A stretch of 64,000 bases of DNA from a virus. Position 1 is the stretch's first letter, and every line of letters starts with the position of its first letter. Positions 28,904-39,248 of this stretch are shown piece by piece. The DNA lies in IMG/VR virus record IMGVR_UViG_3300029906_000002, positions 76,507 to 140,506 of that record, one strand, 5' to 3'. Position numbers and translations under genes: made by a program. The notes under the pieces were generated by a model. That model saw only the letters and a program-made list of their open reading frames with translations. It made no database searches and was not told where the DNA came from.

Positions 28904-30634
28904 TTACTTTCTTTTCTTCACCAGTTTCTTTTTGGTCTTACCACCGCATTTGTATTCCGTGCCTTTTGGGCGGCCTACAAACTTGTCAATGATGCTCGGC
29001 TTACCAATACCATCTTTGAGTTCGCTGTTGAACTTACCTCCTTCCTTGAACGGAGTAGCTTTACCGCCACCACAGAAACGCGCTTTAGTCTTACCGCCAC
29101 CACAGAATCTCTTTTTGGGAGATGCTCCAGCACCGGATACGGCTTCACCGCGAGCTTCCGATTTCAAATCGTGACGCACCTTCTCATCGTATGACATTCC
29201 TTGGTATTGATCTTTGGTCACCTTACCCATTCTGAGTGTGCCATACTTCTTTGTATTGATTGTATCATTCGGATTGACATCCTTCTTTTTCAGCTGTTTC
29301 TTGTTGCCGAATCGCGATATCTTGGTGCCGTTTTCAGCCTTTTGACACATGCAACCGCCATTCTTAAAAACAAGCCGCTGTCCTTCGGGGCAAATCATAA
29401 CTCCTCCTTTTTTATATTGTTTATTACCGTTTAGTCTACTTTTTACTTCTTCAGGATCCATGCCTTGTTTAAAGGCTACCTGAAGCTGTTTTAATCCTTC
29501 CTCACCAAGTTCCTGCAAAACTTGTCTGAACTGGTTCTCGTCTTGAATGTCGAAAATCTGTGCAATGAATTGCAAGAACTGTGTCTGCTCGTCATTGATG
29601 GTTCCGCCCTGTTGCATAGCAGCAAGGTTACGAGGTTTCTCGTTATTGCCATAGTTGGCTACAGAAGCGTCAAATAACATGTGGCCACCCACGCGTGGTA
29701 TCTGCATGGATGGTTTCACATTAGAGACATACTGGTTGAGCGAATTATCCTTAATCATCCAGTTGTCCGTTCTTGGCAGCTTCTCCGTGATAGTGCCGCC
29801 ATATTGGTGTTTACTAATCATACCTCCACGTTTTTTGAATCCTATGAAATTGAAAGCATCGGACGACCATTTGTTGTACGCATTGCGGTCTATCCCCATA
29901 GCTTCTTGTTCTGTTATCTCCGTATAAGCGTTCGGGTCATTGCGATCCATTGACGGGTCTACGCGATAGTACTTGCCATCGCGAAGAGCAAGCTGCCCGT
30001 TACGATTAATTTTCAATCCTCCGCGTTGAATGGGATTACCATTGGCATCAAAGGTCTTGAATCCTTCCTGATAGCCTATTATATTGCCATCCTGATAAAT
30101 CATCCGTCTGCCTGTATCGCCTTCCTTAAACTCGATATTGCCAACTCGACCAAGACCATACTGTCCTAACTTACCTTCGTTGCTTTGTATGGGTTTGCTT
30201 CCTGCGCCATACGTCTGCATCAGAGCTTGATCCTCAAGTTGTCTTTCAAGTTCTGAACCAGGACTTATAAGCTGCGGAACCTGCTGTGTTGCCTTTTCTT
30301 GTGCAGCGGCACCAATAGGATTATCGTTGTCGGTAGGAGAGCTTGCTCCTTGTATATCTTGATTGGGTATGGTTTGTTGCAGTTGGGTAGGCTTGGTTTG
30401 TAATCCTCCAACAGGTGATGTATTCAGTGATGGGAATTTGGGTGTTTGTTTCTGGGTAGTAGGTGTGATTTTCTTTGCAGCAGTAGAACTTGCGGAGACA
30501 TCGGTAGTGGCAGCTGTTCCTCCTCCAAATACGGGAGCTTGACTAAGACCGAGATCTTTGAATACACTATCCAAGAATCCATTGGCGAATCCTTGGACTT
30601 TCTCATTGCCGAATATCTTATCTAACAATCCCAT
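28904..30634 (-). CDS. Probable internal virion (cargo) protein with repeated basic-xxGG motifs
   Basis: 576 aa low-complexity; KHQYGG, AMQQGG, QYKKGG, FKNGG, RFCGGG x2, FKEGG, YKCGG. Confidence 0.65.
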   Translation of the reverse strand: MGLLDKIFGNEKVQGFANGFLDSVFKDLGLSQAPVFGGGTAATTDVSASSTAAKKITPTTQKQTPKFPSLNTSPVGGLQTKPTQLQQTIPNQDIQGASSPTDNDNPIGAAAQEKATQQVPQLISPGSELERQLEDQALMQTYGAGSKPIQSNEGKLGQYGLGRVGNIEFKEGDTGRRMIYQDGNIIGYQEGFKTFDANGNPIQRGGLKINRNGQLALRDGKYYRVDPSMDRNDPNAYTEITEQEAMGIDRNAYNKWSSDAFNFIGFKKRGGMISKHQYGGTITEKLPRTDNWMIKDNSLNQYVSNVKPSMQIPRVGGHMLFDASVANYGNNEKPRNLAAMQQGGTINDEQTQFLQFIAQIFDIQDENQFRQVLQELGEEGLKQLQVAFKQGMDPEEVKSRLNGNKQYKKGGVMICPEGQRLVFKNGGCMCQKAENGTKISRFGNKKQLKKKDVNPNDTINTKKYGTLRMGKVTKDQYQGMSYDEKVRHDLKSEARGEAVSGAGASPKKRFCGGGKTKARFCGGGKATPFKEGGKFNSELKDGIGKPSIIDKFVGRPKGTEYKCGGKTKKKLVKKRK

Positions 30635-30636
30635 TT

Positions 30637-31548
30637 CTATTTATCGTATAATGACATATCATTAAATACTCTCCTCACGTCTTCTGGAACTTCGTTTGGT
30701 TGTATTCTTTGATTGTTGTAGTAATAATATCCTTGTCCAAATCCTGCATATTCAGGAGCGTAGTATCTGTAATTATTCATCTCGTAATTCCATCTTCCTC
30801 TTCTTACTCCTCCTTTGCTTTTTATCTCATCAGGAGATAACGCTTTGTATGCACTATGCGATTTAAACGCTCCAGATATATCAAGAGGAAGTGTTCTTGG
30901 GTCTACTGATGTTTCACGTACTTGCCCCCCCCCACGATCTATTTCGTGGGTGTAAGGTTTCCCTACGTGACCAAATCCTCCGTTGTTATACATATCGCGC
31001 ATAGCCTGATATGTATTTTTACCAAACTTGCCATCGGTAGCTACGCCAAGGTATTTCTGTATGGCAGTCACATCATCAATGCTATCGACTTTTCCAAGAT
31101 CATAACCAAGTTCTTTTGACAAATTAGCAAGCCTGCTATTTGCTTCATTGAGCCACCACTTTCTATCGCTTGCAACTTTAGCGGCTTTCTGACCGAATCT
31201 CTGTATTTCAGCATTGATATTACCCATTACTGGAGACGGAGCATTGTCAATCGTTGCGGCATCATCCAGTCTTTGTGTAACAGCTTGACCAGGTAGCGGT
31301 ACATTAGGAGAAGTAGGTTCGGGACGATTGGCTTCTGCTCGCTTAGCAGCTTCTTGAAGAAACAAATTCTTATTGGCAGCAAACTGTTGACGCATCCTAT
31401 CGTTGTTGATCTGTGCGTTACCTCTCCAATCCTTGCCATACAAACTCGACATCGTATTGTCGAACAAAGCATTTTGTGCAAATACCTCTCTCCCCTTCTC
31501 CGCTCTTCTTGCTGCCCTTCTGGCCCGTATATTGTCAAACAAACCCAT
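30637..31548 (-). CDS. Protein with peptidoglycan-binding-like motif and in-frame G9 tract
   Basis: DVTAIQKYLGVATDGKFGKNTYQAM resembles PG_binding_1; G9 at 30925-30933. Confidence 0.65.
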   Translation of the reverse strand: MGLFDNIRARRAARRAEKGREVFAQNALFDNTMSSLYGKDWRGNAQINNDRMRQQFAANKNLFLQEAAKRAEANRPEPTSPNVPLPGQAVTQRLDDAATIDNAPSPVMGNINAEIQRFGQKAAKVASDRKWWLNEANSRLANLSKELGYDLGKVDSIDDVTAIQKYLGVATDGKFGKNTYQAMRDMYNNGGFGHVGKPYTHEIDRGGGQVRETSVDPRTLPLDISGAFKSHSAYKALSPDEIKSKGGVRRGRWNYEMNNYRYYAPEYAGFGQGYYYYNNQRIQPNEVPEDVRRVFNDMSLYDK

Positions 31549-31549
31549 A

Positions 31550-31828
31550 TCAATCCTGATTATAAGTCTTTACCAATTCAAGATCTTTTGTACTAAAAGT
31601 AGCCTCCTGCAACTGACCTTGCGAGGTAAACCATCTGCAACGGACACCTTTCAATGTGTCCTTTGATTCGGTAACGAATCGTCTGTTATCGTTACCTACT
31701 ATTATCATCATGGGGGCGTTGATAAGATCCTTTTGTTTCAGAATCACAACGTCCCCAGGTTTTAAATACTGCTTGCTCACTTTATTGCTTGTCTTTGGAA
31801 AGCTCCAGCCATCTTGCGGAAAGGTCAT
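31550..31828 (-). CDS. YodC/DUF2158-like small protein
   Basis: KPGDVVILK...PMMII...VRCRWF...LQEATF.TKDL pattern. Confidence 0.6.
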   Translation of the reverse strand: MTFPQDGWSFPKTSNKVSKQYLKPGDVVILKQKDLINAPMMIIVGNDNRRFVTESKDTLKGVRCRWFTSQGQLQEATFSTKDLELVKTYNQD

Positions 31829-32423
31829 CTACGTTGCCTATCACGCATTTGATATGCGTCTGTGCGACAACCTCGAAGCCTTGTCCATAGAACGGAATTG
31901 GAACACTTTCAAATTGGTTATACATCACGATGTCGCCTGACTTTATGCCTCTTGTGTCAGGCGAAATCTCTACTACACAAGCAAATATAGAAGTACGTCT
32001 CATTTCTTCGTATTCACCCGTATCTTGCGATTTGTAGTGTGGATCGAATTCGGGGATGATAAGACCGTCTTCAGTACGTGTCATACGGGAGAAAGGATTG
32101 ACATCAAACGGCTTGACAAGGACGTAGATACCCCAAGGGCGAATGTCGAGATTTCCTATATTCTCCTTAATTTGCTTGCCTACTTCCTCAATATAAGCAG
32201 CCTTTCTCTTCCATTCATCTTCCTGCAAATTGAAGTTCTCTTCCGTTTCCGACATAATGCGCTCTTCGTACTCGTCGAATTTGTCGTCGGATACGGCACG
32301 CACCGTTCCATCAGATACAGTAGACATCATGCCATTATTCACGATACCTTCGCTTGAAATCTGCTGCATCACATCAGCCGCCTTTTGGCTACCCATTGTT
32401 TTCTTTACGTTGTTTTTCCTCAT
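31782..32423 (-). CDS. groES: GroES-like co-chaperonin with acidic N-terminal extension
   Basis: IRPWGIYVLVKP...RTEDGLIIP...VVEISP...IKSGDIVMY...HIKCVI follows the cpn10 pattern. Confidence 0.7.
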   Translation of the reverse strand: MRKNNVKKTMGSQKAADVMQQISSEGIVNNGMMSTVSDGTVRAVSDDKFDEYEERIMSETEENFNLQEDEWKRKAAYIEEVGKQIKENIGNLDIRPWGIYVLVKPFDVNPFSRMTRTEDGLIIPEFDPHYKSQDTGEYEEMRRTSIFACVVEISPDTRGIKSGDIVMYNQFESVPIPFYGQGFEVVAQTHIKCVIGNVDDLSARWLELSKDKQ

Positions 32424-32446
32424 CGTTGATAATTTTGATTATCCCG

Positions 32447-32454
32447 CAAAGCTA
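32447..32454 (-). promoter_or_regulatory. Bacteroidetes -7 promoter element
   Basis: TAGCTTTG on minus strand upstream of 32423 start. Confidence 0.5.
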
Positions 32455-32518
32455 TGATAAAAAAGGCAAGATTCAAAAATCCCGCCTCAAATTCACACAG
32501 TGTTGAACAGAAAATCAT

Positions 32519-32743
32519 TCACCATTTCTCTATCGGGCAGTTTTCGTTAACCACCCTTGTCTTTGCTTTAAGAAAACATCCGCACATGGCGCATATTTCC
32601 AAAACAAAGAATTTCTTCCTGTAATGTGGACAGCCTTTACAGATGTTCATACGGAACTTCGAGAGGCTGTGTTTTCTTCCGGTAGCCAGATTGTAGAAGC
32701 CATTCGTTATATGTTTAAGATTTAGTCTCATAATGATTACCAT
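32519..32743 (-). CDS. Small Cys-rich (Zn-binding) protein
   Basis: CKGCP...CAMCGC...CPIEKW. Confidence 0.7.
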   Translation of the reverse strand: MVIIMRLNLKHITNGFYNLATGRKHSLSKFRMNICKGCPHYRKKFFVLEICAMCGCFLKAKTRVVNENCPIEKW

Positions 32744-33003
32744 TTACCGCATACACAATGTAATGTCGGGTTGTGAACACGATATTCGATGTTGCAACCA
32801 CATCCTTGACGATAACCTTCCTTTGGCGTGATAGACACATCGCCGTTTGTCTTGTTTAAGTATAGCTTGCTGTTGCATATAGCAATGACGCCGTACTTCA
32901 TCTTGTACAATGGGCATCTCTTGCAGATAGACAATCTCGTATCGGCAAGTTCTTCGATACTATCAGGCGTTCCTGGAAATGAAAAATCTTCCTTCATGTT
33001 CAA
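32737..33003 (-). CDS. Small Cys-rich (Zn-binding) protein, paralog of neighbour
   Basis: CKRCP...C...GCGC...CVCGKW. Confidence 0.7.
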   Translation of the reverse strand: MNMKEDFSFPGTPDSIEELADTRLSICKRCPLYKMKYGVIAICNSKLYLNKTNGDVSITPKEGYRQGCGCNIEYRVHNPTLHCVCGKW

Positions 33004-33922
33004 TTACCTTTTTATAATTATAGTGTATGTGGTCCCTAAAATAGCGGAACATTAATATGACTGCGCTTGGGATGTACTCAAGTTCGTATATCTTCCTTTC
33101 CTCGGTATTCTCCTTATTATATAGGTGTATTATCTTAGGATTGGCAGTATCAAACAATCTGTATTTTCTTTTCAGTATCCACGTGTAGATGGATGTCTGC
33201 AACTGGTAGTGTATAGCATTGCAGTCCATCAGTTCATTGAGTGGATATTTCATCATTTGATACTTACCATACGGATCTCTATATGATTGAAAATCAATAG
33301 ATGCGTTCGTTTTGTAGTCTAAGATTTGTATGGTATTTCTATTCTTTAGGCATAAGTCTACCTGTCCTGCTATACGAACGCCGGATTCTGTCTTCATGCT
33401 AATTAGCATCTCTGGAAAGACTTGTCTGTCGAGTTTCTCGGAGAATTGATAGAAGCCTGGTATGTAAGCGAACCATTCCGTAGGTTTGAATCCTAACCAA
33501 TCCAACTGGTACCAATCCTTTTCTTTGAATCGGTTTTCGTATCTGGCATGAGCTTTAGTACCAAACTCGCAAGCCTTTTTCCCACTCTCATTCCACTTGT
33601 CCGAATACTCTTTCTTTTTGCTCTCAAACTCTTCGGCAGTAAACGAACCTGGATAGATGGAGAGAACCTCATCTATGTCTATGGCTTTTAGTCTACGAAG
33701 ATTGAACAGGAATTTCTTTATGCCAGGCTTATCTGCAAGAATCTCCTGTAAGGCTTTGTAGCCAAGCCAGAAATCCCTGTCGTAGTTCTCAAACATGCCG
33801 ATAAGAGTGGTTACCGAGATATAGGTGAACATATCTTTCCTATCCCAGTACACATGATGCTTGTCGTTATAACAAACCACACCATCAGTCTTGTCTATCG
33901 TCAGTTCAATAAAATCCTTCAT
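32963..33922 (-). CDS. PD-(D/E)XK family exonuclease
   Basis: FGTKAH..YE, IAGQVDL, ILDYKTN, HYQLQTSIY; start set at ATG 33922 because a terminator lies at 33971-34006. Confidence 0.8.
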   Translation of the reverse strand: MKDFIELTIDKTDGVVCYNDKHHVYWDRKDMFTYISVTTLIGMFENYDRDFWLGYKALQEILADKPGIKKFLFNLRRLKAIDIDEVLSIYPGSFTAEEFESKKKEYSDKWNESGKKACEFGTKAHARYENRFKEKDWYQLDWLGFKPTEWFAYIPGFYQFSEKLDRQVFPEMLISMKTESGVRIAGQVDLCLKNRNTIQILDYKTNASIDFQSYRDPYGKYQMMKYPLNELMDCNAIHYQLQTSIYTWILKRKYRLFDTANPKIIHLYNKENTEERKIYELEYIPSAVILMFRYFRDHIHYNYKKVIEHEGRFFISRNA

Positions 33923-34054
33923 GGAGCGCAAAGATACGGAAAAATATGCAATACACAACTTATACTGCATAAAAAAGGCTGCCGAAATGACTAAGGCAGC
34001 CTCAAAATGAGTAGTCAATAAGTAGTAAAAGAACCTAAAAAAACAAACCCTGAT

Positions 34055-34753
34055 CTATTTGCGTTTTTTCTTTAAGTTGTTAATATGTCGTCTATAGTCT
34101 ATAAGTATAGCAAGTTGCTCTATTTCGTCTGAGATGTTGTAAATATATTGCGCCCGGTCGGTTATCTCGACATCATCCTTGTACAGTATCACTATCATGC
34201 CAATAGGTTTTGATATGCCATTGATAGGAATAAAGAAGCCAGTCCTTGCTTTGCTTTCGTCAATGAGTTTGGAGAGTTTCGGGAACTCTTTGGTATCTTC
34301 GTAGCAGTTGAGATTGATAACAGCCGTCTTGTTGGTATGGATATATTTCAATTCTGGCTGGTAGTTGATATAGCTTTTCTCACGCCACACATCAAAACAC
34401 TGGTTAGTAGTATTGCCTATCTGCTCCGATAATGATGTGAAGTGGTAATAGGAGAAGTTGGCATCAGATGCTATACCGTTGTGATAATTGCACAGAATGA
34501 CGTTTGATATGCGCGAATCACCGCGCACAATATCTTGCAGAATATCGTTTATCTTCTGCGCTGATTCTATGGAGTATTCTTCGGCATACTTGGTTTTCGC
34601 ATCGTTCATGTCATCCATCTTGCCAATTACTTTGCGCAATATCGTCTTCCAATAGAAGATGAGTATTGCTATTGCTGCCCCTATGATAATACTGGCTATA
34701 TCAAATCCACTCTCTGATAGCGTCTTTAAAAGACTGAAAATATCCTCAACCAC
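34055..34753 (-). CDS. Single-TM membrane protein, T4 T-holin-like architecture
   Basis: One N-terminal TM then ~180-aa soluble domain ending FFIPING..KPIGMIVILY (GAF-like). Confidence 0.55.
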   Translation of the reverse strand: MVEDIFSLLKTLSESGFDIASIIIGAAIAILIFYWKTILRKVIGKMDDMNDAKTKYAEEYSIESAQKINDILQDIVRGDSRISNVILCNYHNGIASDANFSYYHFTSLSEQIGNTTNQCFDVWREKSYINYQPELKYIHTNKTAVINLNCYEDTKEFPKLSKLIDESKARTGFFIPINGISKPIGMIVILYKDDVEITDRAQYIYNISDEIEQLAILIDYRRHINNLKKKRK

Positions 34754-34778
34754 TTGCTTATATATAAATATGTTTGTT

Positions 34779-34786
34779 TATCTTTG
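34779..34786 (+). promoter_or_regulatory. Bacteroidetes -7 promoter element
   Basis: TATCTTTG upstream of 34804. Confidence 0.55.
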
Positions 34787-34803
34787 TACTTGTAAGTTAA
34801 GTT

Positions 34804-35061
34804 TTGAAGGCTATGAAACTAACTATTAAGAACAATAACGGAACAAGTTTCCGATGTGCGAAGAAAAGATTCGGCGGTACGGTTGAGGTTAATAAGGAAG
34901 GTAATAAGATCCGGATAAAACCGAGCCGGGTCGGTAGTTTTACCCGGTGGTGTGGAGGAAAAGTTACTGACAAATGTATCCAGCGTGGTAAGGCAAGCAG
35001 CGACCCCAGAATACGTCGTAAGGCCACTTTTGCCGCAAATGCCCGCAAGTGGTCTAAGTAA
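34804..35061 (+). CDS. Small basic protein, probable internal virion protein
   Basis: IRIKP...GSFTRWCGGKVTDKCI..GK.S.DP.IRRKATFAANARKW resembles a motif I recall from crAss-like virion proteins. Confidence 0.6.
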   Translation: MKAMKLTIKNNNGTSFRCAKKRFGGTVEVNKEGNKIRIKPSRVGSFTRWCGGKVTDKCIQRGKASSDPRIRRKATFAANARKWSK

Positions 35062-35081
35062 TAATACTCAACATATATTTT

Positions 35082-35867
35082 ATGGATAGAATCAAACTAA
35101 ATCTCGCTACTTACGAACCTGTGGACTTCCATATTCCAGAATCCACACCTGATGGATTGGATTATGAAGTTAGTCCACGTATGTTTGACTATGAACCATC
35201 GGAATACGAAGCAACGATAGATGAGCTTACCGATAGCGATGACGACCTGCCGGAAAGACAATCCGAATCATCGGATTCCCGTAACATCTATTCACAAATC
35301 AATCCTCAACTTGCTGAGGCTCTTCGCATACGACCCAAGCAAAAAGCAGCTGAATCAAGCGGACATGCTACGCCCGATTGGTTGTCGTCTACATCGCAGG
35401 TGTCCAAATGGAACAACCCTGTTTACTCTGGCGAATCATCCTGGGTAGCTATGATGAAGCAAGCTTACCGTAATGCGGGTATCACCAATAATGATACCTT
35501 ATCCATGCTTGTTTCACAAGATGCAATAGAATCAAGTTGGGGCAAGTCTGCGCAAGGATCGTTTAACTATGGTAACATCACTACCGGGCGCGGATACAAA
35601 GGCAAGTATGTAGTAGGTAGAGATAAGGATAAAAGTGGCAAGCCTATCACGCAATACTTCCGTGCATACGATTCTGTTGACGAGTATGTGAAGGATAAGG
35701 TTGCATTACTCAAGAGAAGCTATGACTTTACGGGCAACGAAACGCCTGATGAACTTATAAGCAAGCTGAATGGCAATAACCACAAGAAATACAGATACGC
35801 TGAATCCCCGGAATATTCACGACTATTAAAAGATGTATACCAGTCCTACAAAAGAAAGAAATACTAA
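35082..35867 (+). CDS. GH73-family glucosaminidase/muramidase with acidic N-terminal extension
   Basis: AIESSWG...FNYGNI...FRAYDSVDEY...YAESPEY. Confidence 0.8.
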   Translation: MDRIKLNLATYEPVDFHIPESTPDGLDYEVSPRMFDYEPSEYEATIDELTDSDDDLPERQSESSDSRNIYSQINPQLAEALRIRPKQKAAESSGHATPDWLSSTSQVSKWNNPVYSGESSWVAMMKQAYRNAGITNNDTLSMLVSQDAIESSWGKSAQGSFNYGNITTGRGYKGKYVVGRDKDKSGKPITQYFRAYDSVDEYVKDKVALLKRSYDFTGNETPDELISKLNGNNHKKYRYAESPEYSRLLKDVYQSYKRKKY

Positions 35868-35898
35868 ATAATGGTTCATAAATGTGAGATTTTGATTC

Positions 35899-35930
35899 TT
35901 TGAGGCAGGTTAACTCCTGCCTTTTTGTTT
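35899..35930 (+). terminator. Intrinsic terminator
   Basis: TTTGAGGCAGG-TTAACT-CCTGCC then T-run. Confidence 0.7.
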
Positions 35931-35951
35931 TGTTTACAAGGAAGCTATGAT

Positions 35952-35959
35952 TACCTTTG
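35952..35959 (+). promoter_or_regulatory. Bacteroidetes -7 promoter element for groEL operon
   Basis: TACCTTTG upstream of 35984. Confidence 0.55.
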
Positions 35960-35983
35960 TAGGCACCTAAAACAAGAAATACA

Positions 35984-36328
35984 ATGATTAAGAGATTTGT
36001 ACCCATAAAAACCCATTCTATATTGGCTGTAAAATGGGATGGAAACATTGATACGCTTGAAGACATCGAAGCAATAACGGGTAAGTGTACCGTCGAGATG
36101 AAACAGGAAAGTTTTAATACTAAAGGATTCAGATTTGCTGATGATGTCAACTATCTGGTTGAATATGATAATAAGAAGATGTTGTATGTAGCTACCAGTT
36201 ATGGATTGTTCTGTTGCAACGTCGGTGACTATGTAGCCAGTATATATAATAAGGATAAAGACGACATGTTGTCGTCAGTAATTCGTGAACATGTATTTGA
36301 GAAAACTTATAAATTATACGAACAATGA
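35984..36328 (+). CDS. Conserved phage hypothetical protein
   Basis: AVKWDGN...VGDYV...FEKTY pattern; stop overlaps groEL start. Confidence 0.7.
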   Translation: MIKRFVPIKTHSILAVKWDGNIDTLEDIEAITGKCTVEMKQESFNTKGFRFADDVNYLVEYDNKKMLYVATSYGLFCCNVGDYVASIYNKDKDDMLSSVIREHVFEKTYKLYEQ

Positions 36329-37875
36329 GTAAGATTATTAAGGAAGGAAAAGAGTGTCGCAACAAGGTTGCTGAAGGTATGAAAGTGCTATACGACATGG
36401 TATCCATGACGCTTGGACCAGGCGGAAAGAACGTGGCTATCGTGGATGGATTCGGCGGATTGAAGGTTACCAAGGATGGTGTCACCGTCGCCAAGTCCGT
36501 GAAGATTGACGATGAGGCTATGAATATCGGTGCCATGTTGCTCAAGGAAGCCGCACAAAAGACTTGTGATGAATCAGGTGATGGTACCACTACTACCACG
36601 GTGCTCGCCTACAATCTTATCAAGGAATGCGAGAGCTATATTGACCAAGGCGGTATTACTGTGACCCAGTTACGCAACAGTCTTGCTGAGGCTTGCAAAC
36701 AGGCTGTGGATGCCATCAGAAAGATTGTTATTGAGTGTAAGGATGCCGAGGATATTCACAATGTAGCCCTCATCTCTTCCAATGGCGACAAGATGGTAGC
36801 CGACCTGGTTACTGAGGCTATCGTGAAGGCGACCAAGGATGGCGCGGTATCTATTGAAAACTCCCAAAGCACGGAAAGCTATGTGGATGTTGTTACAGGC
36901 ATGAGATTCGAGAAAGGTTACGAATCGCCGTATTTTATCAATGACGAGAATATGAAGACCTGTACATTTGATGCCCCGAACATTCTCGTCATTAGAGGCA
37001 AGGTAGACAACGTGAACAATCTCGTTACCATCCTCGGCAAGACCATTAAGGAAGGTAACGGTAGACCGGTACTTATCATGGCAGACGAATTCGAGCACGA
37101 CATCATCAACATGCTTGCCGTGAACAAGGTACAGGAAGGTGTGAAGGTTTGTGCGGTCAAATTACCGTCTTTCGGCGAGCAACGTGATGCCATGACGGAT
37201 GATATCTGTAAGCTCATCGGTTGCCAACCTATCACATACGCCTTGTCTGGCGGTTATGACTTCGACATTGAAAAGCATGTAGGCAGTTGCGATAAGATTA
37301 TCGTAGACCTGCACAATACAACTATAGCAGGAGGAGATGGAGACCCTGATGTGATTACGGCAACCATTGAGCAGCTTCGTGAAGAAATCAATCATGAGAC
37401 AGATAGCTCTACAATAGCCCGATTGAAGGAGCGTCTTGTCAAGCTGTCCGGCGGAGTGGCGGTCATTCATATCGGTGCCAATTCGGATACTGAGGTGAAC
37501 GAAATCAAGGACCGTGTAGACGATGCGGTATGCGCCGTTCGGTCGGCCCTGCAAGAGGGTATTGTACCCGGTAGCGGGTTTGCTTACTGCTATGCTATGC
37601 ATGAACTTGCAAAGATGGGCGGGTATGGTAGCGAAGGACGTGAAATACTCATCAAGACGCTGCCGGTCATCCGAAAGATGGTTTACGACAATATGGAGAT
37701 AAGCCATCATAACCAGAGCGAATGGTACGATGCTTCCAATGCTGAAGGCAATGAACTTATGAACAAGGGTATCATGGATCCATTCAAATCTATCCATACC
37801 GCACTTGAGAATGCTGTATCAGTTGCTTGCATGTTCTTGATTATGAACGGCTGCGTAATTGAGAAGCATGAATAA
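36325..37875 (+). CDS. groEL: Phage-encoded chaperonin GroEL
   Basis: [55 protein letters not shown]; no GGM tail. Confidence 0.97.
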   Translation: MSKIIKEGKECRNKVAEGMKVLYDMVSMTLGPGGKNVAIVDGFGGLKVTKDGVTVAKSVKIDDEAMNIGAMLLKEAAQKTCDESGDGTTTTTVLAYNLIKECESYIDQGGITVTQLRNSLAEACKQAVDAIRKIVIECKDAEDIHNVALISSNGDKMVADLVTEAIVKATKDGAVSIENSQSTESYVDVVTGMRFEKGYESPYFINDENMKTCTFDAPNILVIRGKVDNVNNLVTILGKTIKEGNGRPVLIMADEFEHDIINMLAVNKVQEGVKVCAVKLPSFGEQRDAMTDDICKLIGCQPITYALSGGYDFDIEKHVGSCDKIIVDLHNTTIAGGDGDPDVITATIEQLREEINHETDSSTIARLKERLVKLSGGVAVIHIGANSDTEVNEIKDRVDDAVCAVRSALQEGIVPGSGFAYCYAMHELAKMGGYGSEGREILIKTLPVIRKMVYDNMEISHHNQSEWYDASNAEGNELMNKGIMDPFKSIHTALENAVSVACMFLIMNGCVIEKHE

Positions 37876-37932
37876 TAAAAAAGCCAGCTAAAATCGCTGG
37901 CTCAAAGCAAAGATTAGAAAGAAAAAAGAAAT

Positions 37933-38559
37933 CTAAATTCTTCTGTTGATTAGTATGTGGTATTTATCCGTAGTTCGATACAAGTATAATTTTCTGTCAA
38001 GCAACTGTATTACATGCTCCGGCATCATGTTTACAATAAAGCCAAGTAACTTGCCTGCTCTATCATCTTCGCTTAATGCCACTCTAACCATTGTGCCATA
38101 GACAGGGACATCCATCCATACTTCGTCTAAGTCTATAGTTATTGTATTTATATAGTTTTTTCCAAGTGCTACTCTCTTTTGGCTAAGCAATTCATTGGCG
38201 AAAATTCTTATTTCGTTGAAGCAGTAATAATATGGCTTTATACCAAACATGTAATTGTTCGGGTGATCACCGAATTGCTGGTAAAGAAATCTAAAGAACT
38301 CGTATGTTCCTCCAAAATATTTTTGGATAAGCTTATAATTATTATCTCTGTTCACGAAATCGCTAAACTTCTTTCTTGCTATGTTTGCGCTTTCAATCTT
38401 ATATCTGTTTTTCTCTTCGCACACAGCAAGAATGATGGTTATTTTTAAGGCGTCAAGTTCATACTTGTCGTTATACTCGTCCTGGATTCTTTTTACAAAA
38501 TCCAAGAACTCATTGTTTTTACGTTCTTTTTCAGACGCATTGAATTTGAATATTCCCAT
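37933..38559 (-). CDS. Hypothetical protein
   Basis: 208 aa AT-rich ORF. Confidence 0.65.
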   Translation of the reverse strand: MGIFKFNASEKERKNNEFLDFVKRIQDEYNDKYELDALKITIILAVCEEKNRYKIESANIARKKFSDFVNRDNNYKLIQKYFGGTYEFFRFLYQQFGDHPNNYMFGIKPYYYCFNEIRIFANELLSQKRVALGKNYINTITIDLDEVWMDVPVYGTMVRVALSEDDRAGKLLGFIVNMMPEHVIQLLDRKLYLYRTTDKYHILINRRI

Positions 38560-39248
38560 TACTTCTCAATCATTATAGTTCCACCTTCTAATAGTCTTAT
38601 TTTCTCTCCTTCATTATCCACGAACCTTGCAAGCGAATTACCTTTCTTGATTAGGTTCATAATCTGATAAGCCGTATAGTTTATTGTGTCAGCAACCGTA
38701 AATGGTTTATCCAATCCATCTTTGATGATATACACATGTCTATAATTATACGATTCTTCAATCTTGTTTATAAATTCTATATCAGGTATTCCTGGATCTT
38801 GCATGGATTTAATATAGTCCGCATTGCGCAATAAATCTCTTGCGTTTACCATGATCGACAAGCAGTCTTTCTTTACAGCGTTGATACTACTAAAGAATTT
38901 GCTGATATCAACCGATGGAAGAGATTTCATTAACTCTTTCATCCATCTCGGTTTTTCTTGAATACCGATTGTAACAACAATAAAGTTGAGTGAATCTTCA
39001 TTATCAACAGCATCACGAACGAAGCAGTTATTGTCGTACAGGAAATCAATTACGTTATTCAGCATGATTGATTCAATCCATCTGGCATTCTCTTGGCGTT
39101 CGTATGGAATCTGGTAGGTCCTTCCATATTTGAATGAGGTTAGACATCCACTTCTTGATTCGTTTATAAACGCATACGTTCCATCATTTTTATCATCGAA
39201 ATACTTTTCGAGATCGCGAGGCCATGTGTGTCCGTATTCTGACCTCAT
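38559..39248 (-). CDS. Hypothetical protein (start uncertain)
   Basis: Frame open to 39512, but promoter-like TAACTTGC (39303-39310) and a hairpin lie in the extension; ATG 39248 or 39278 more likely. Confidence 0.55.
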   Translation of the reverse strand: MRSEYGHTWPRDLEKYFDDKNDGTYAFINESRSGCLTSFKYGRTYQIPYERQENARWIESIMLNNVIDFLYDNNCFVRDAVDNEDSLNFIVVTIGIQEKPRWMKELMKSLPSVDISKFFSSINAVKKDCLSIMVNARDLLRNADYIKSMQDPGIPDIEFINKIEESYNYRHVYIIKDGLDKPFTVADTINYTAYQIMNLIKKGNSLARFVDNEGEKIRLLEGGTIMIEK

